This document shows, piece after piece, positions 10,217-18,391 of a DNA stretch of 53,252 nucleotides (within the stretch, counting starts at the first letter, position 1; every line of letters starts with the position of its first letter). Source of the DNA: a virus (lineage: Duplodnaviria; Caudoviricetes); IMG/VR virus record IMGVR_UViG_3300020470_000013, positions 1 through 53,252 of that record, one strand, 5' to 3'. The position numbers and the translations under genes were made by a program. A model generated the notes under the pieces. That model was given only the letters and a program-made list of their open reading frames with translations, did no database searches and was not told the origin of the DNA.

Positions 10217-10338
10217 GGGGCTTGTCTCTTATCAAGGTAGCTATATTAAATGCGCTTTTTTTAATATAGGGTCTTGAACTTACAAGGTGGCCTCTAGGTT
10301 AAAAATTGATAAGGGGCTGAATATCAGGTAGCCTTATC
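10217..10338 (-). promoter_or_regulatory. Three-copy structured RNA motif in scaffold 5' leader
   Basis: Minus strand G-CYAC-[CTGA/CTTG stem-loop]-MC-CC repeated at 10308-10338, 10265-10296 and 10217-10241. Confidence 0.6.
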
Positions 10339-11323
10339 GTCCTATTATACTTGGCATCCGATTAGCGTACATCATTTGCTTTCTCAGTTCTTCTTGCTGT
10401 CTACCAACGCCATACATAGAAGTTTTGTCATCCATGATAGGATTATCTCCTACAACATTTCTAACTGCACCTCCTAGTTCTTTGTCATCAACAGCACCAC
10501 CAAGTACGTATCTTTGCATCAGTCCTCCATCAGCTGCACGTTCTGCGTCATCCATCATTGCTTGCAGATTGTCAGCACCGATTTGGTCTGTTGCTTTTTG
10601 GGTGAAAACAAATTCACCGTCCGATAACCTTGCAGGTATCGAATCTGATATACCAGTACCAGGGCCTTCTACTTCCCCTTCACCAGTAAATTCTGTAGCA
10701 TAAGTAATAACTTTATCTAGAATGCCTTCTAGTTCTGGATCATTATCTAATGCTATATTTAAATAATCTTGTTCGGCAGGTGTTAAGACTTCTGCTGCAA
10801 CATAATCAACATAGTCTTCCTGCATTTGTTCATCTGAAGCAACAGGCATTGCCTCTTCTTCAGGTGTCATGTTTGGATAGGTATCAACTGGAACATCTTG
10901 TTCCATAAGTTCAGGAGCCATTTCTATTTCACCGCCTTCTTGATTTCTATCTCTGGTTTCTTGAAGATCTCTACTTTTTACATCTTCAAATATACCGTCT
11001 ATATAAGCTTTATTTTTAGGATTTTTTAATAAAGCTCTAAGCTCTGCTTCTCCTTGTTCTGCTTCCATTTTATTTGTAAAATTCATTCTAGCTATAGCAC
11101 CATGAATTTGTGCTTTCATATCATCTGAAATTGGTTTTTCATTAACAACACCAGCTGTTTTATACCCTTCTCTTGGAGACATTAAACCACCGCCAGCAGA
11201 TTGTTTTAGTTGAATATCTTGATTACTAATTGGCATAAGTAAAAGACCGTGTTGTTGTTTTTTACCGCTATGAGCAGCCTCAAGTGCGGCTACTTTTTTC
11301 TTTATCTCTGCAAACAGTCCCAT
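10334..11323 (-). CDS. Head-morphogenesis-region protein with GPGTGxSDSIPARLSxGEFV domain
   Basis: 329 aa, acidic; the domain is familiar from phage tape-measure/virion proteins; several xxGG motifs. Confidence 0.65.
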   Translation of the reverse strand: MGLFAEIKKKVAALEAAHSGKKQQHGLLLMPISNQDIQLKQSAGGGLMSPREGYKTAGVVNEKPISDDMKAQIHGAIARMNFTNKMEAEQGEAELRALLKNPKNKAYIDGIFEDVKSRDLQETRDRNQEGGEIEMAPELMEQDVPVDTYPNMTPEEEAMPVASDEQMQEDYVDYVAAEVLTPAEQDYLNIALDNDPELEGILDKVITYATEFTGEGEVEGPGTGISDSIPARLSDGEFVFTQKATDQIGADNLQAMMDDAERAADGGLMQRYVLGGAVDDKELGGAVRNVVGDNPIMDDKTSMYGVGRQQEELRKQMMYANRMPSIIGR

Positions 11324-11324
11324 A

Positions 11325-11549
11325 TTAATCTTCCTTTCTTCGTTGATTTACTATATCAGGTAATTGTAATAACTTAACCAGAGAATTCACCTTCCCCTGG
11401 CTGCGGTATATTTCCTGTTCCGATGTTGCCACCGCCAGTGCCTGTAACTCCAACATCTGTTGGGCCTCCAGGTATTCCTTCAGTGGGAGCCATAGCTCCG
11501 GCTTGTTCACCACCGGGGCCAATTTGTTCGCCAGTTTCTTGTCCAACAT
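11325..11549 (-). CDS. Small helical protein overlapping the portal 3' end
   Basis: 74 aa with E.IYRSQG...L..LL.L pattern of small post-portal genes; its stop abuts the next start (11323). Confidence 0.6.
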   Translation of the reverse strand: MLDKKLANKLAPVVNKPELWLPLKEYLEAQQMLELQALAVATSEQEIYRSQGKVNSLVKLLQLPDIVNQRRKED

Positions 11550-13545
11550 TATTTTGTAATCCTATTATCTGGGCAGCTAGGGCTGCTTCTTCTGGATCAT
11601 TAAGAATTTCGTCAGGATCAAGATCTAAACTATAAGCCAATTCGCTAATAAGTTTTGACATTTTAACGAACGGTGCAATAGCTGGATTCTGAGCAGTTTG
11701 AAGGAACATAGTTAATCGTTGTGACCTAACTTCTTTTTGCATTAGGCTATTAGTTCCCATAGCTTTGATTTCCAAATCACCCTTAACATCTAACTCACCT
11801 TCAAAAAACTGCATATTCCATTGAAAGTATGATTGACCTAAAGGTTTTAAAAGAAAATCATCTAAATTCTTAACAACTGTTTTTATATTAAGACTTGCAG
11901 CACCTAGTAGCATTGACATGCCAGATGCTGTTCGTGTCATGCTTTGAACACCTGTCATACCATGTGAATAACTAGGTAGACCTGTTTGTTCATCTGCAAG
12001 CTGTCTAAATTTATCAAACATCATCATGTTTTCTGTAGATGTGTTTGGAAATTTAACTCCATGTATAGACTGTCCAGGCATACCAGACTGTCTGCGAAAT
12101 ACCTTGCCGGGATATATTTCCATACTTTGACCGCCAACAAGCATAGTCTCATCAATGTCAAATACTAACGAACCACTTAATGCTAGATTATCTATAGCCA
12201 TACGTGCATGACCATTCATAATCTGTTGGCTATCGTTCATATTTTCAGCAATACCAATACCAAAGAAACTGTATGGGTTTCTTTCGTAAGGGAATGCATT
12301 ATAAGGAAGTCGTGCTGGCGAGAATGGATTTATAACTGATCGTAATACTTTACCATTACAAATCCATGCGTTAATTTGAATTTCATCTAAATCATCTATT
12401 GTTTCGGGGAGTTCCATGCCAATTTCTTTGGCATATTCTACATCCATCATTCCCCAATATTCTAATACTTCATACTTAGATTTACCGACATCTTCAGTTT
12501 TTTTAGAATCTTTTAATTCATTTTCATATTGTTTTTCAACATAGTTTGCGCCCATAGCTAAACATGCTCTTATTTCATCTTTATCAAAATAAGGCATTTT
12601 ACTTAAAGCTCTTACTTGAGACTTATTTAACTTATGTCTATGTACTATATACTCACACTCATCAATTGATGTAGCATTGGGATCTGGAAAGAAATCCCAT
12701 ATACTTACAAATTCTATACGTGGAACACGTACATAATCAGGAGTATATTCTCTTCCATTCTCTGTATCTGACCAACGATTTAAAGTTTTATTAAAATTAA
12801 ATGGGCCTTTGACAATACCTGTACCAAAAAGCGTAGATTCAAATAAAGCATTACGTAATTCACTTGAACCGTTTGATTCGTCTATTTGATCGTGTATTAA
12901 TTTTTCCATGTTACGTGCAGCTTCTTTTGCTGGTGAAACTGTTGGAACACCTGGGATTGGGTTAGCACCAGATTCAAAAGATATATTTTCATCATCATCT
13001 GAAAACTGTTCAAATACCCCTTTACCACCACTTAATGTTGCTCCAGCTTTTAAAACTTTACCGTCATCTTTATATCCAATAGTTAGATCATCAGTCATTT
13101 CATCTGTAACTGTATTGGGTGTTTCTGCACTTGTTTCTATATTTGGAGCTTCTTGATTACTTAGGTGCATGTATTCTTCAACACCTTCAGGTAAAATAGT
13201 AGGAACTACTCCTATAGGAAACTTTCCAGTTCCAAATATAACATCTACAAGTTGACCGAAAGCTGCTAGAACTTTAGTCTTTGTAATTTTTATAAATACT
13301 CGTGATCGTTCTGATTCACGAAAGCGAATATTCTTTGGATATATTCCACGAAAATTATGGTATGCTGTAATCCACCTATCTTCATCTGTTTCCCTTGCCA
13401 TCTCAGCCGCAGCATAACGTGCTTCAATTAAACCAGCAAGGTTTGTTTTTAAATCAGCTTCTAATTTTAAATTAAGCCCATCTTCATCAGGAACAGGTTC
13501 AAAATAAATATTATTAGCATTATCTATAAATGTATTTTCAGGCAT
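11374..13545 (-). CDS. Portal protein
   Basis: 723 aa; LFGTGIVKG, VSIWDFFPDP, FFGIGIAE, RTASGMSML motifs; between terminase and scaffold. Confidence 0.9.
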   Translation of the reverse strand: MPENTFIDNANNIYFEPVPDEDGLNLKLEADLKTNLAGLIEARYAAAEMARETDEDRWITAYHNFRGIYPKNIRFRESERSRVFIKITKTKVLAAFGQLVDVIFGTGKFPIGVVPTILPEGVEEYMHLSNQEAPNIETSAETPNTVTDEMTDDLTIGYKDDGKVLKAGATLSGGKGVFEQFSDDDENISFESGANPIPGVPTVSPAKEAARNMEKLIHDQIDESNGSSELRNALFESTLFGTGIVKGPFNFNKTLNRWSDTENGREYTPDYVRVPRIEFVSIWDFFPDPNATSIDECEYIVHRHKLNKSQVRALSKMPYFDKDEIRACLAMGANYVEKQYENELKDSKKTEDVGKSKYEVLEYWGMMDVEYAKEIGMELPETIDDLDEIQINAWICNGKVLRSVINPFSPARLPYNAFPYERNPYSFFGIGIAENMNDSQQIMNGHARMAIDNLALSGSLVFDIDETMLVGGQSMEIYPGKVFRRQSGMPGQSIHGVKFPNTSTENMMMFDKFRQLADEQTGLPSYSHGMTGVQSMTRTASGMSMLLGAASLNIKTVVKNLDDFLLKPLGQSYFQWNMQFFEGELDVKGDLEIKAMGTNSLMQKEVRSQRLTMFLQTAQNPAIAPFVKMSKLISELAYSLDLDPDEILNDPEEAALAAQIIGLQNNVGQETGEQIGPGGEQAGAMAPTEGIPGGPTDVGVTGTGGGNIGTGNIPQPGEGEFSG

Positions 13546-13651
13546 AATTTATATTACTTTTATTGCTTGTATTAATATGGAGGCAGTTATAACACATATG
13601 ACGTATATGCCATATGTGTTAAACTTACGAAATACTCTGTTTTCGTCTTTA

Positions 13652-14239
13652 TTAATCAGGCAACACGCCAAGATGTAAAAACTCCACTAAGTATGTAACT
13701 GTTGTAGATGCTGTAGCTAAGTCATTTGCTAAAGGCTTTAATCGTGCATATAAAGTTCTAGCAGAAGCCGTATACAATGTTGATGCAATAGCAATTGCTT
13801 CAGACGTTGCAGGACCACCAACTACACCAGCAGTAACGCTAGTACTAACAAAAGCGTTAGCTGCATGACCATGTGAATTCTGAATAATATACAATGGTGC
13901 ATTAGCTGACCATGTTACGGCTGAACCACCGTCATCAAGAATAGCTTCTTCATCAATGATTTGTCCACCACCTGCGGCAGTACCTAAATCAAAATCTACA
14001 TCATCTCCTGATGCTCCGGCAGTAACAATGTTACCAGCAGGGATTGCAATCAAGTTACGAATAATTGTGTCAGCAGGTTGCGTAAATGATACATCATACG
14101 TTGCATCTGCTGTTACTGCGATTGTTCCTGTTGTTGCAGAAGTCCACGAGGTTACAACATTATCTGATAATGCTCTTACATCATGTACACTTGCGGTACT
14201 CCTGCCTGAATCTCTAATTTCTACTACTGGACTTGCCAT
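13652..14239 (-). CDS. Putative virion structural (decoration-like) protein
   Basis: 195 aa, Ala/Thr/Val-rich beta protein; AGGAG SD; late operon. Confidence 0.5.
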   Translation of the reverse strand: MASPVVEIRDSGRSTASVHDVRALSDNVVTSWTSATTGTIAVTADATYDVSFTQPADTIIRNLIAIPAGNIVTAGASGDDVDFDLGTAAGGGQIIDEEAILDDGGSAVTWSANAPLYIIQNSHGHAANAFVSTSVTAGVVGGPATSEAIAIASTLYTASARTLYARLKPLANDLATASTTVTYLVEFLHLGVLPD

Positions 14240-14257
14240 ATGAATTCTCCTAAATGT

Positions 14258-14539
14258 TTATTTAAATTTATATTTAACTTCTGCTCCTTTGTAACCTCTT
14301 CTATCAACTAGATTAAGTTCAAAACGATTAGTCGGTTGCCATGAAGCTTTATTTTCATAACCACTTCTACCAGTAACAAGATCTTTATATTGTTCACGAG
14401 ATATAACGGTATTTTTTCCAAGCGGCATACTAGCTCTAGCTCTTGCAGTTCCTGTAGGACTAAAGTTTAATGAAGCTTCTGCACCAAATACATTTTTATG
14501 AAATGTTTTACCACCGTTATTATATTTATCTCTTTTCAT
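14258..14539 (-). CDS. Hypothetical late protein, beta-strand-rich
   Basis: Start probably 14539 (MKRDKYNNGG) right after the terL stop. Confidence 0.55.
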   Translation of the reverse strand: MKRDKYNNGGKTFHKNVFGAEASLNFSPTGTARARASMPLGKNTVISREQYKDLVTGRSGYENKASWQPTNRFELNLVDRRGYKGAEVKYKFK

Positions 14540-14540
14540 A

Positions 14541-16223
14541 TTAATACCCAAATACTGAATCGGAAGGTTGGAAGTTAATTTCTCTTTTAAAGTTTCGCAT
14601 TTGACTTATTGGATCGTTGATTCTTGGTCTTGACATAATCAAATATCTTAATGCATCGTATGCGTGATCCGAAGCATGCGTGTCAACATCTTCAGGATTA
14701 TTTTTATCCAGAGGAATACTTTGTAATTCACGAATCAAATTTGGACAAGAATTAAAAATCTGTATTCTAGGTCTTCCACTTGGTTGTTTCTTTAAGTATT
14801 CGTGTATCTGGACTTTACCTGCTACTCTATTTTTATCTGCTCGTCTTAGCTTATGTCCTGCCTTGACAAGTGTTTCTCCTACGGTTGGCCCGGTCATTCC
14901 TGTCCTTGACCAACAAGCTGTATCCAATACTCCGGGTACGCCCAACGGATCATATGCTTCCATTTGCATAAGAGTGGTAGCTAATTCTGTCGCTAACATA
15001 CCTTTACGGTATAGTTCACGATAAATAATAAGAGTGCCATCACTAGGATCTATTGCACCCCATACACAAGCTGATTCGCTTGCATAACCATAGTCAATAC
15101 CTTTAATACGTTCCCAATGAATAGGAATTTCAAAAGGCTCAACTATATGTAAATTGCGGTCAAACTCTGTAAATGCTGCACCTTCTGCAACGTCCCAATC
15201 ACCTTCAAGTAATTGTTTACGCTGAGTTGGCGGTAACGCTTTAAGCATCTGTTCATATCGACCATCCTGCGCTAAATAAGGATTATCCATTAATCTAGCT
15301 GGTATGAACTTACGTGTTAAACCATCTTCACCTCTAAATGATTCATTAGGTGGATATGGAGAAACATAACGTTTTTTTACCCAATGTGCGCCTATACCAC
15401 CAGGGTTGGCTGTACAACGCATATATGGTGTTATACTACTATCTGTTGTACGTAAACGTGATGCTAAATAGTTCCAAGAAAATTCAGTTGGTAAGTGTGT
15501 AATCTCATCAAAACCAATCCAACTATATGCTTGTCCTTGGTAACGGTATACATCTGCATCACGTTCTAAGAATCCAAATTCTACTTTAGCTCCCGATGGG
15601 AAGTTCCATAACTTCTCCACTTCTTTATACTTAGAACCGGGAAAGGCTTTCGGGTAGAGTTCTCGTGACTTGTCAATAATCTCACGTAACTCTGGCATAG
15701 ACCGTCGCAGGATTAAGGCTCTATGCGCTGCCCGATGTGCGAAACGTAGTGGATCTACTAACATCGCATAGGACTTGCCTCCTCCAGCCGCACCACCATA
15801 AAGAACATCTGTTTCGGAAGCAGCTAGAAAGTCTGTTTGTGGCCCATCGTTAGGACTAAATATGACATTCTCTTCAGCCACCGTCTTTAGAGATTCTGGT
15901 AAGTCATCAAGATTATCAACAATCTTACCTGCTTTTTTAGCTTCAGTCCCTTCTATCTTCTGTAAAGATGCTTTGGACTTTTCTAAAGACTCTTCCTTTT
16001 TTCTTAATTGTGTGCGTACCTGCGCTAATTTCTTTTCTTTGTTTTTAACTGTCCGTCTTGCTGCAAGCTTTGCTTTTGTTTCTGAGTGGTAGTTGTAACC
16101 TCTGCCTTTTGAACCTTTTGGACGACCCGGTTTTTTCTTCGGAGTTCCGTCAGCCTTGAGTAATAATTCGCCCGACTCAGAATCCCGAAGATAAGCATCT
16201 GGGTTAACCTCCCAATCATTCAT
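14541..16223 (-). CDS. terL: Terminase large subunit with basic N-terminal extension
   Basis: YGGAAGGGKS Walker A, IGFDEITH Walker B, CTANPGG, GIDYGY nuclease start, DHAYDALRY; start probably 16223 (MNDWEV). Confidence 0.95.
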   Translation of the reverse strand: MNDWEVNPDAYLRDSESGELLLKADGTPKKKPGRPKGSKGRGYNYHSETKAKLAARRTVKNKEKKLAQVRTQLRKKEESLEKSKASLQKIEGTEAKKAGKIVDNLDDLPESLKTVAEENVIFSPNDGPQTDFLAASETDVLYGGAAGGGKSYAMLVDPLRFAHRAAHRALILRRSMPELREIIDKSRELYPKAFPGSKYKEVEKLWNFPSGAKVEFGFLERDADVYRYQGQAYSWIGFDEITHLPTEFSWNYLASRLRTTDSSITPYMRCTANPGGIGAHWVKKRYVSPYPPNESFRGEDGLTRKFIPARLMDNPYLAQDGRYEQMLKALPPTQRKQLLEGDWDVAEGAAFTEFDRNLHIVEPFEIPIHWERIKGIDYGYASESACVWGAIDPSDGTLIIYRELYRKGMLATELATTLMQMEAYDPLGVPGVLDTACWSRTGMTGPTVGETLVKAGHKLRRADKNRVAGKVQIHEYLKKQPSGRPRIQIFNSCPNLIRELQSIPLDKNNPEDVDTHASDHAYDALRYLIMSRPRINDPISQMRNFKREINFQPSDSVFGY

Positions 16224-16437
16224 ATTTTGCTGCAATCTGTTTTAAACCCATATGTGAAAGATAGCGTCCTGTTTCATATTCAAGCCATGTAGCTCCTTCA
16301 CGCAAAGAAATAGAATTAGTTTTAATTAAAGGTATTATTTTATTTAATGCCTTTTGTTCTTCTGGTATTTCTTCTAAATAATTATCTTCAGTAAGTTTAT
16401 ATCCAAAAGGAATAGTGCTGCTAGTTCGCCTCTTCAT
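16216..16437 (-). CDS. Small DNA-binding protein (recombinase-type PFGY + HTH domain)
   Basis: MKRRTSSTIPFGY...SLREGATWL...LSHMGL; no catalytic recombinase domain. Confidence 0.6.
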   Translation of the reverse strand: MKRRTSSTIPFGYKLTEDNYLEEIPEEQKALNKIIPLIKTNSISLREGATWLEYETGRYLSHMGLKQIAAKYE

Positions 16438-16816
16438 ATTCACCTTCAATAACTGTTTCTTGTTTGGCTGGTAATATAAATATACCATTACTACCTTCAA
16501 CATTTAAATTCAGTTTATCTGTTTTAGATATTCCAACACGGTCTAGAAGCGTCTGTGCAGCCTGTAAACGGATACTAGCCTGTGGTATAGGCTGATCACT
16601 ATCCATAATGTTAACAAGCTTTAAAGCTGCTTTGGGAGCGTTCTGCGCCAGTATCCCTTCTGATATATCTAGTATCTCTTTTTTAAGGCTTTTGACTACA
16701 GATGTATACGATCCCTCCGCATAACCTGCTATTGCAGCTGCTTGCTTTGCATTTCCTCCACATTCTATAAGACTGTCAAGAAAAGTTTTCTGTTTAACTG
16801 TCAATTCTTTTTTCAT
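16421..16816 (-). CDS. terS: Terminase small subunit
   Basis: LTVKQKTFLD...GNAKQAAAIAGY HTH N-terminus; first gene of the late arm, upstream of terL. Confidence 0.75.
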   Translation of the reverse strand: MKKELTVKQKTFLDSLIECGGNAKQAAAIAGYAEGSYTSVVKSLKKEILDISEGILAQNAPKAALKLVNIMDSDQPIPQASIRLQAAQTLLDRVGISKTDKLNLNVEGSNGIFILPAKQETVIEGEYEEAN

Positions 16817-16823
16817 ATTCTAT

Positions 16824-16852
16824 AGTATACACCTGATTTACAATTTTGTCAA
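16824..16852 (-). promoter_or_regulatory. Sigma70-type promoter for the late/packaging arm
   Basis: TTGACA (16852-16847), 17-bp spacer, TATACT (16829-16824). Confidence 0.75.
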
Positions 16853-16860
16853 CAATTATC

Positions 16861-16889
16861 TTGACAAAATTAAAAAAAAAGTGTATAAT
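16861..16889 (+). promoter_or_regulatory. Consensus sigma70 promoter facing the early arm
   Basis: TTGACA (16861-16866), 17-bp spacer, TATAAT (16884-16889). Confidence 0.8.
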
Positions 16890-17040
16890 AGACTATGTAG
16901 ACCCCCCCGGTATATACCTAAATCTATCTCTCCCCCCTTTAAAGACCTTTGAAGCTGCGGCTTAAACTACCTTACACCTATTTTCCGTAAAAATGTATAT
17001 GTATTAGTATATATATAGTGGCGGTGGGGTGGCATCCTGC

Positions 17041-17354
17041 CCTGCCCTTCAAAGGTCTTTAAAATCCTGGAAGGATTTTTAAGACCTAAGAAGGGCAGGA
17101 AATTCCAAATCTTTAAAATCCTTCCAGGATTTTAAAGATCTTCAAAATTGCAGAAGGTTTCAAAGAATTTGAAACCTTCTGCCGGGCTGAAAAATCTTTA
17201 AAGTGCTTTACACTTTAAAGATTTTTAAAAATAGTTAATAGTTAGTAGTTAATTCTTTAAAATCTCCAATATTTTCAGTAATCTGCAACATTGTTAAAAG
17301 CTTGCAATTTCCGCTGGGTCAGATCTTCTAAACCTTTCAGGTTTAGAAGATCTG
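17041..17354. repeat. Cluster of five inverted repeats (hairpins) in non-coding DNA
   Basis: 17041-17099 (imperfect long stem, loop GGA); perfect stems at 17109-17139 (14 bp, TCC), 17150-17182 (15 bp, GAA), 17190-17226 (16 bp, CTTTA), 17320-17354 (16 bp, TTC). Confidence 0.9.
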
Positions 17355-17358
17355 GGGT

Positions 17359-17419
17359 GAAGATTTTCTAATTTCTAAAACCTTCGTTTTGTGAAGGTTT
17401 TAGAAATTAGAAAATCTTC
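17359..17419. repeat. Conserved-apex hairpin 1 (27-bp perfect stem)
   Basis: GAAGATTTTCTAATTTCTAAAACCTTC-GTTTTGT-GAAGGTTTTAGAAATTAGAAAATCTTC. Confidence 0.95.
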
Positions 17420-17441
17420 TTAATCGAAAACAACTTGGAGA

Positions 17442-17822
17442 ATGACTATGGCGAAGCAATTTGATTACAGCACTCTACCATCAGCAAATGTAGCTAACTA
17501 CGACCAAATGAAAGGTGTTGGTAGATATTTCTCAGAACTTAAAGGCAACACCAACGGTTCTAATTCTTTTTGGAGAGATGCTAGAGTTTTTACTGCAATC
17601 ATCTACAAGAACCACAAAACCAAGCCAGTTACTCATGGGCAAATTCAAACTTGGAGGGCAGCCAAAGAAATTCCCGCAAAAATCCTAAAGGATTTTGGAA
17701 AGCCTAAAACTCCCAAGCAGTTAACTGCCAAAGCTAAACCTACCAAGAACTTGAATAATATTACCAAAGATCAACTAATTCAAATGGTAATAGCACTTCA
17801 GGAACAACAATCCAAGAAGTAA
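17442..17822 (+). CDS. First early protein, basic, unknown function
   Basis: 126-aa ORF, GGAG SD (start 17442 or 17448), followed by a terminator. Confidence 0.7.
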   Translation: MTMAKQFDYSTLPSANVANYDQMKGVGRYFSELKGNTNGSNSFWRDARVFTAIIYKNHKTKPVTHGQIQTWRAAKEIPAKILKDFGKPKTPKQLTAKAKPTKNLNNITKDQLIQMVIALQEQQSKK

Positions 17823-17827
17823 ATACT

Positions 17828-17851
17828 AGGGGCGAAAGCCCCTTTTTTTTT
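17828..17851 (+). terminator. Rho-independent terminator
   Basis: AGGGGC-GAAA-GCCCCT followed by a long T tract. Confidence 0.9.
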
Positions 17852-17889
17852 ATTTTCAATTTGTATTATAATTGCATGCGGAGGTAGTT

Positions 17890-18069
17890 ATGTTATCAGC
17901 TGAACAGTACGTAGAACTGTATACGGATCTCGCTAACTTATTATATAGGTCGAGACACAGTAATAAATCCAGGCGTAATTTGACTGAGGACGAGATGCAA
18001 GATTTATTCATCGAATGTTGTAATGATGTTGAAGAAATTTTAGGTGAATATAATTTAACAGGAGACTGA
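17890..18069 (+). CDS. Small acidic early protein
   Basis: GGAGG SD before ATG at 17890 (MLSAEQY...). Confidence 0.65.
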   Translation: MLSAEQYVELYTDLANLLYRSRHSNKSRRNLTEDEMQDLFIECCNDVEEILGEYNLTGD

Positions 18070-18070
18070 T

Positions 18071-18166
18071 ATGAAATATTTACTTAAAGATGAGTTTGCT
18101 TTATTTTTATTTATCATGTGTCTGTTAACTTTTATTAACTTTGCACTAGATAATAATTGGATTTAA
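18071..18166 (+). CDS. 31-aa hydrophobic (membrane) protein
   Basis: AGGAGACTGAT-ATG; MKYLLKDEFALFLFIMCLLTFINFALDNNWI*. Confidence 0.55.
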   Translation: MKYLLKDEFALFLFIMCLLTFINFALDNNWI

Positions 18167-18216
18167 GAAAGTTTTTAAAGACCTTCGGTTTTATGAAGGT
18201 CTTTAAAAACTTTCTT
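18165..18216. repeat. Conserved-apex hairpin 2 (22-bp perfect stem)
   Basis: AAGAAAGTTTTTAAAGACCTTC-GGTTTTAT-GAAGGTCTTTAAAAACTTTCTT. Confidence 0.95.
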
Positions 18217-18232
18217 TGATGAGGAGACTGAT

Positions 18233-18391
18233 ATGTCTGTTGATGAGCAAGTGAATCATTTAAATGAATTAGTTCTGTTGATTGATGAAAAATCAGAACT
18301 TAATACTAAACAAATTCAAGTGCTTTCGGATTTGTTTAAGTTAGTACATGAATCAATTAAACTACTGGAGGTACGACTCAATGAAGTATGA
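18233..18391 (+). CDS. 52-aa coiled-coil early protein
   Basis: AGGAGACTGAT-ATG; MSVDEQVNHLNELVLLIDEKSELNTKQIQVLSDLFKLVHESIKLLEVRLNEV*. Confidence 0.6.
   Translation: MSVDEQVNHLNELVLLIDEKSELNTKQIQVLSDLFKLVHESIKLLEVRLNEV

Noticed and set aside
13547-13670. Possible small membrane ORF and 11-bp inverted repeat between the 195-aa gene and portal
   Set aside because: Only a TTG start with a weakly spaced SD; cannot choose between peptide, hairpin or neither
16216-16437. Integrase / serine recombinase
   Set aside because: Only 73 aa with a DNA-binding-like portion; no catalytic domain or att-like context
17041-17139. Protelomerase hairpin telomere (flip/flop loops)
   Set aside because: No protelomerase or tyrosine recombinase gene seen; the phage has a standard terminase and lytic replisome
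16890-17441. tRNA or other known structured RNA genes
   Set aside because: No cloverleaf, T-loop (GTTCRA) or CCA pattern recognised in the intergenic regions; tRNAscan-SE/Infernal would be needed to exclude formally
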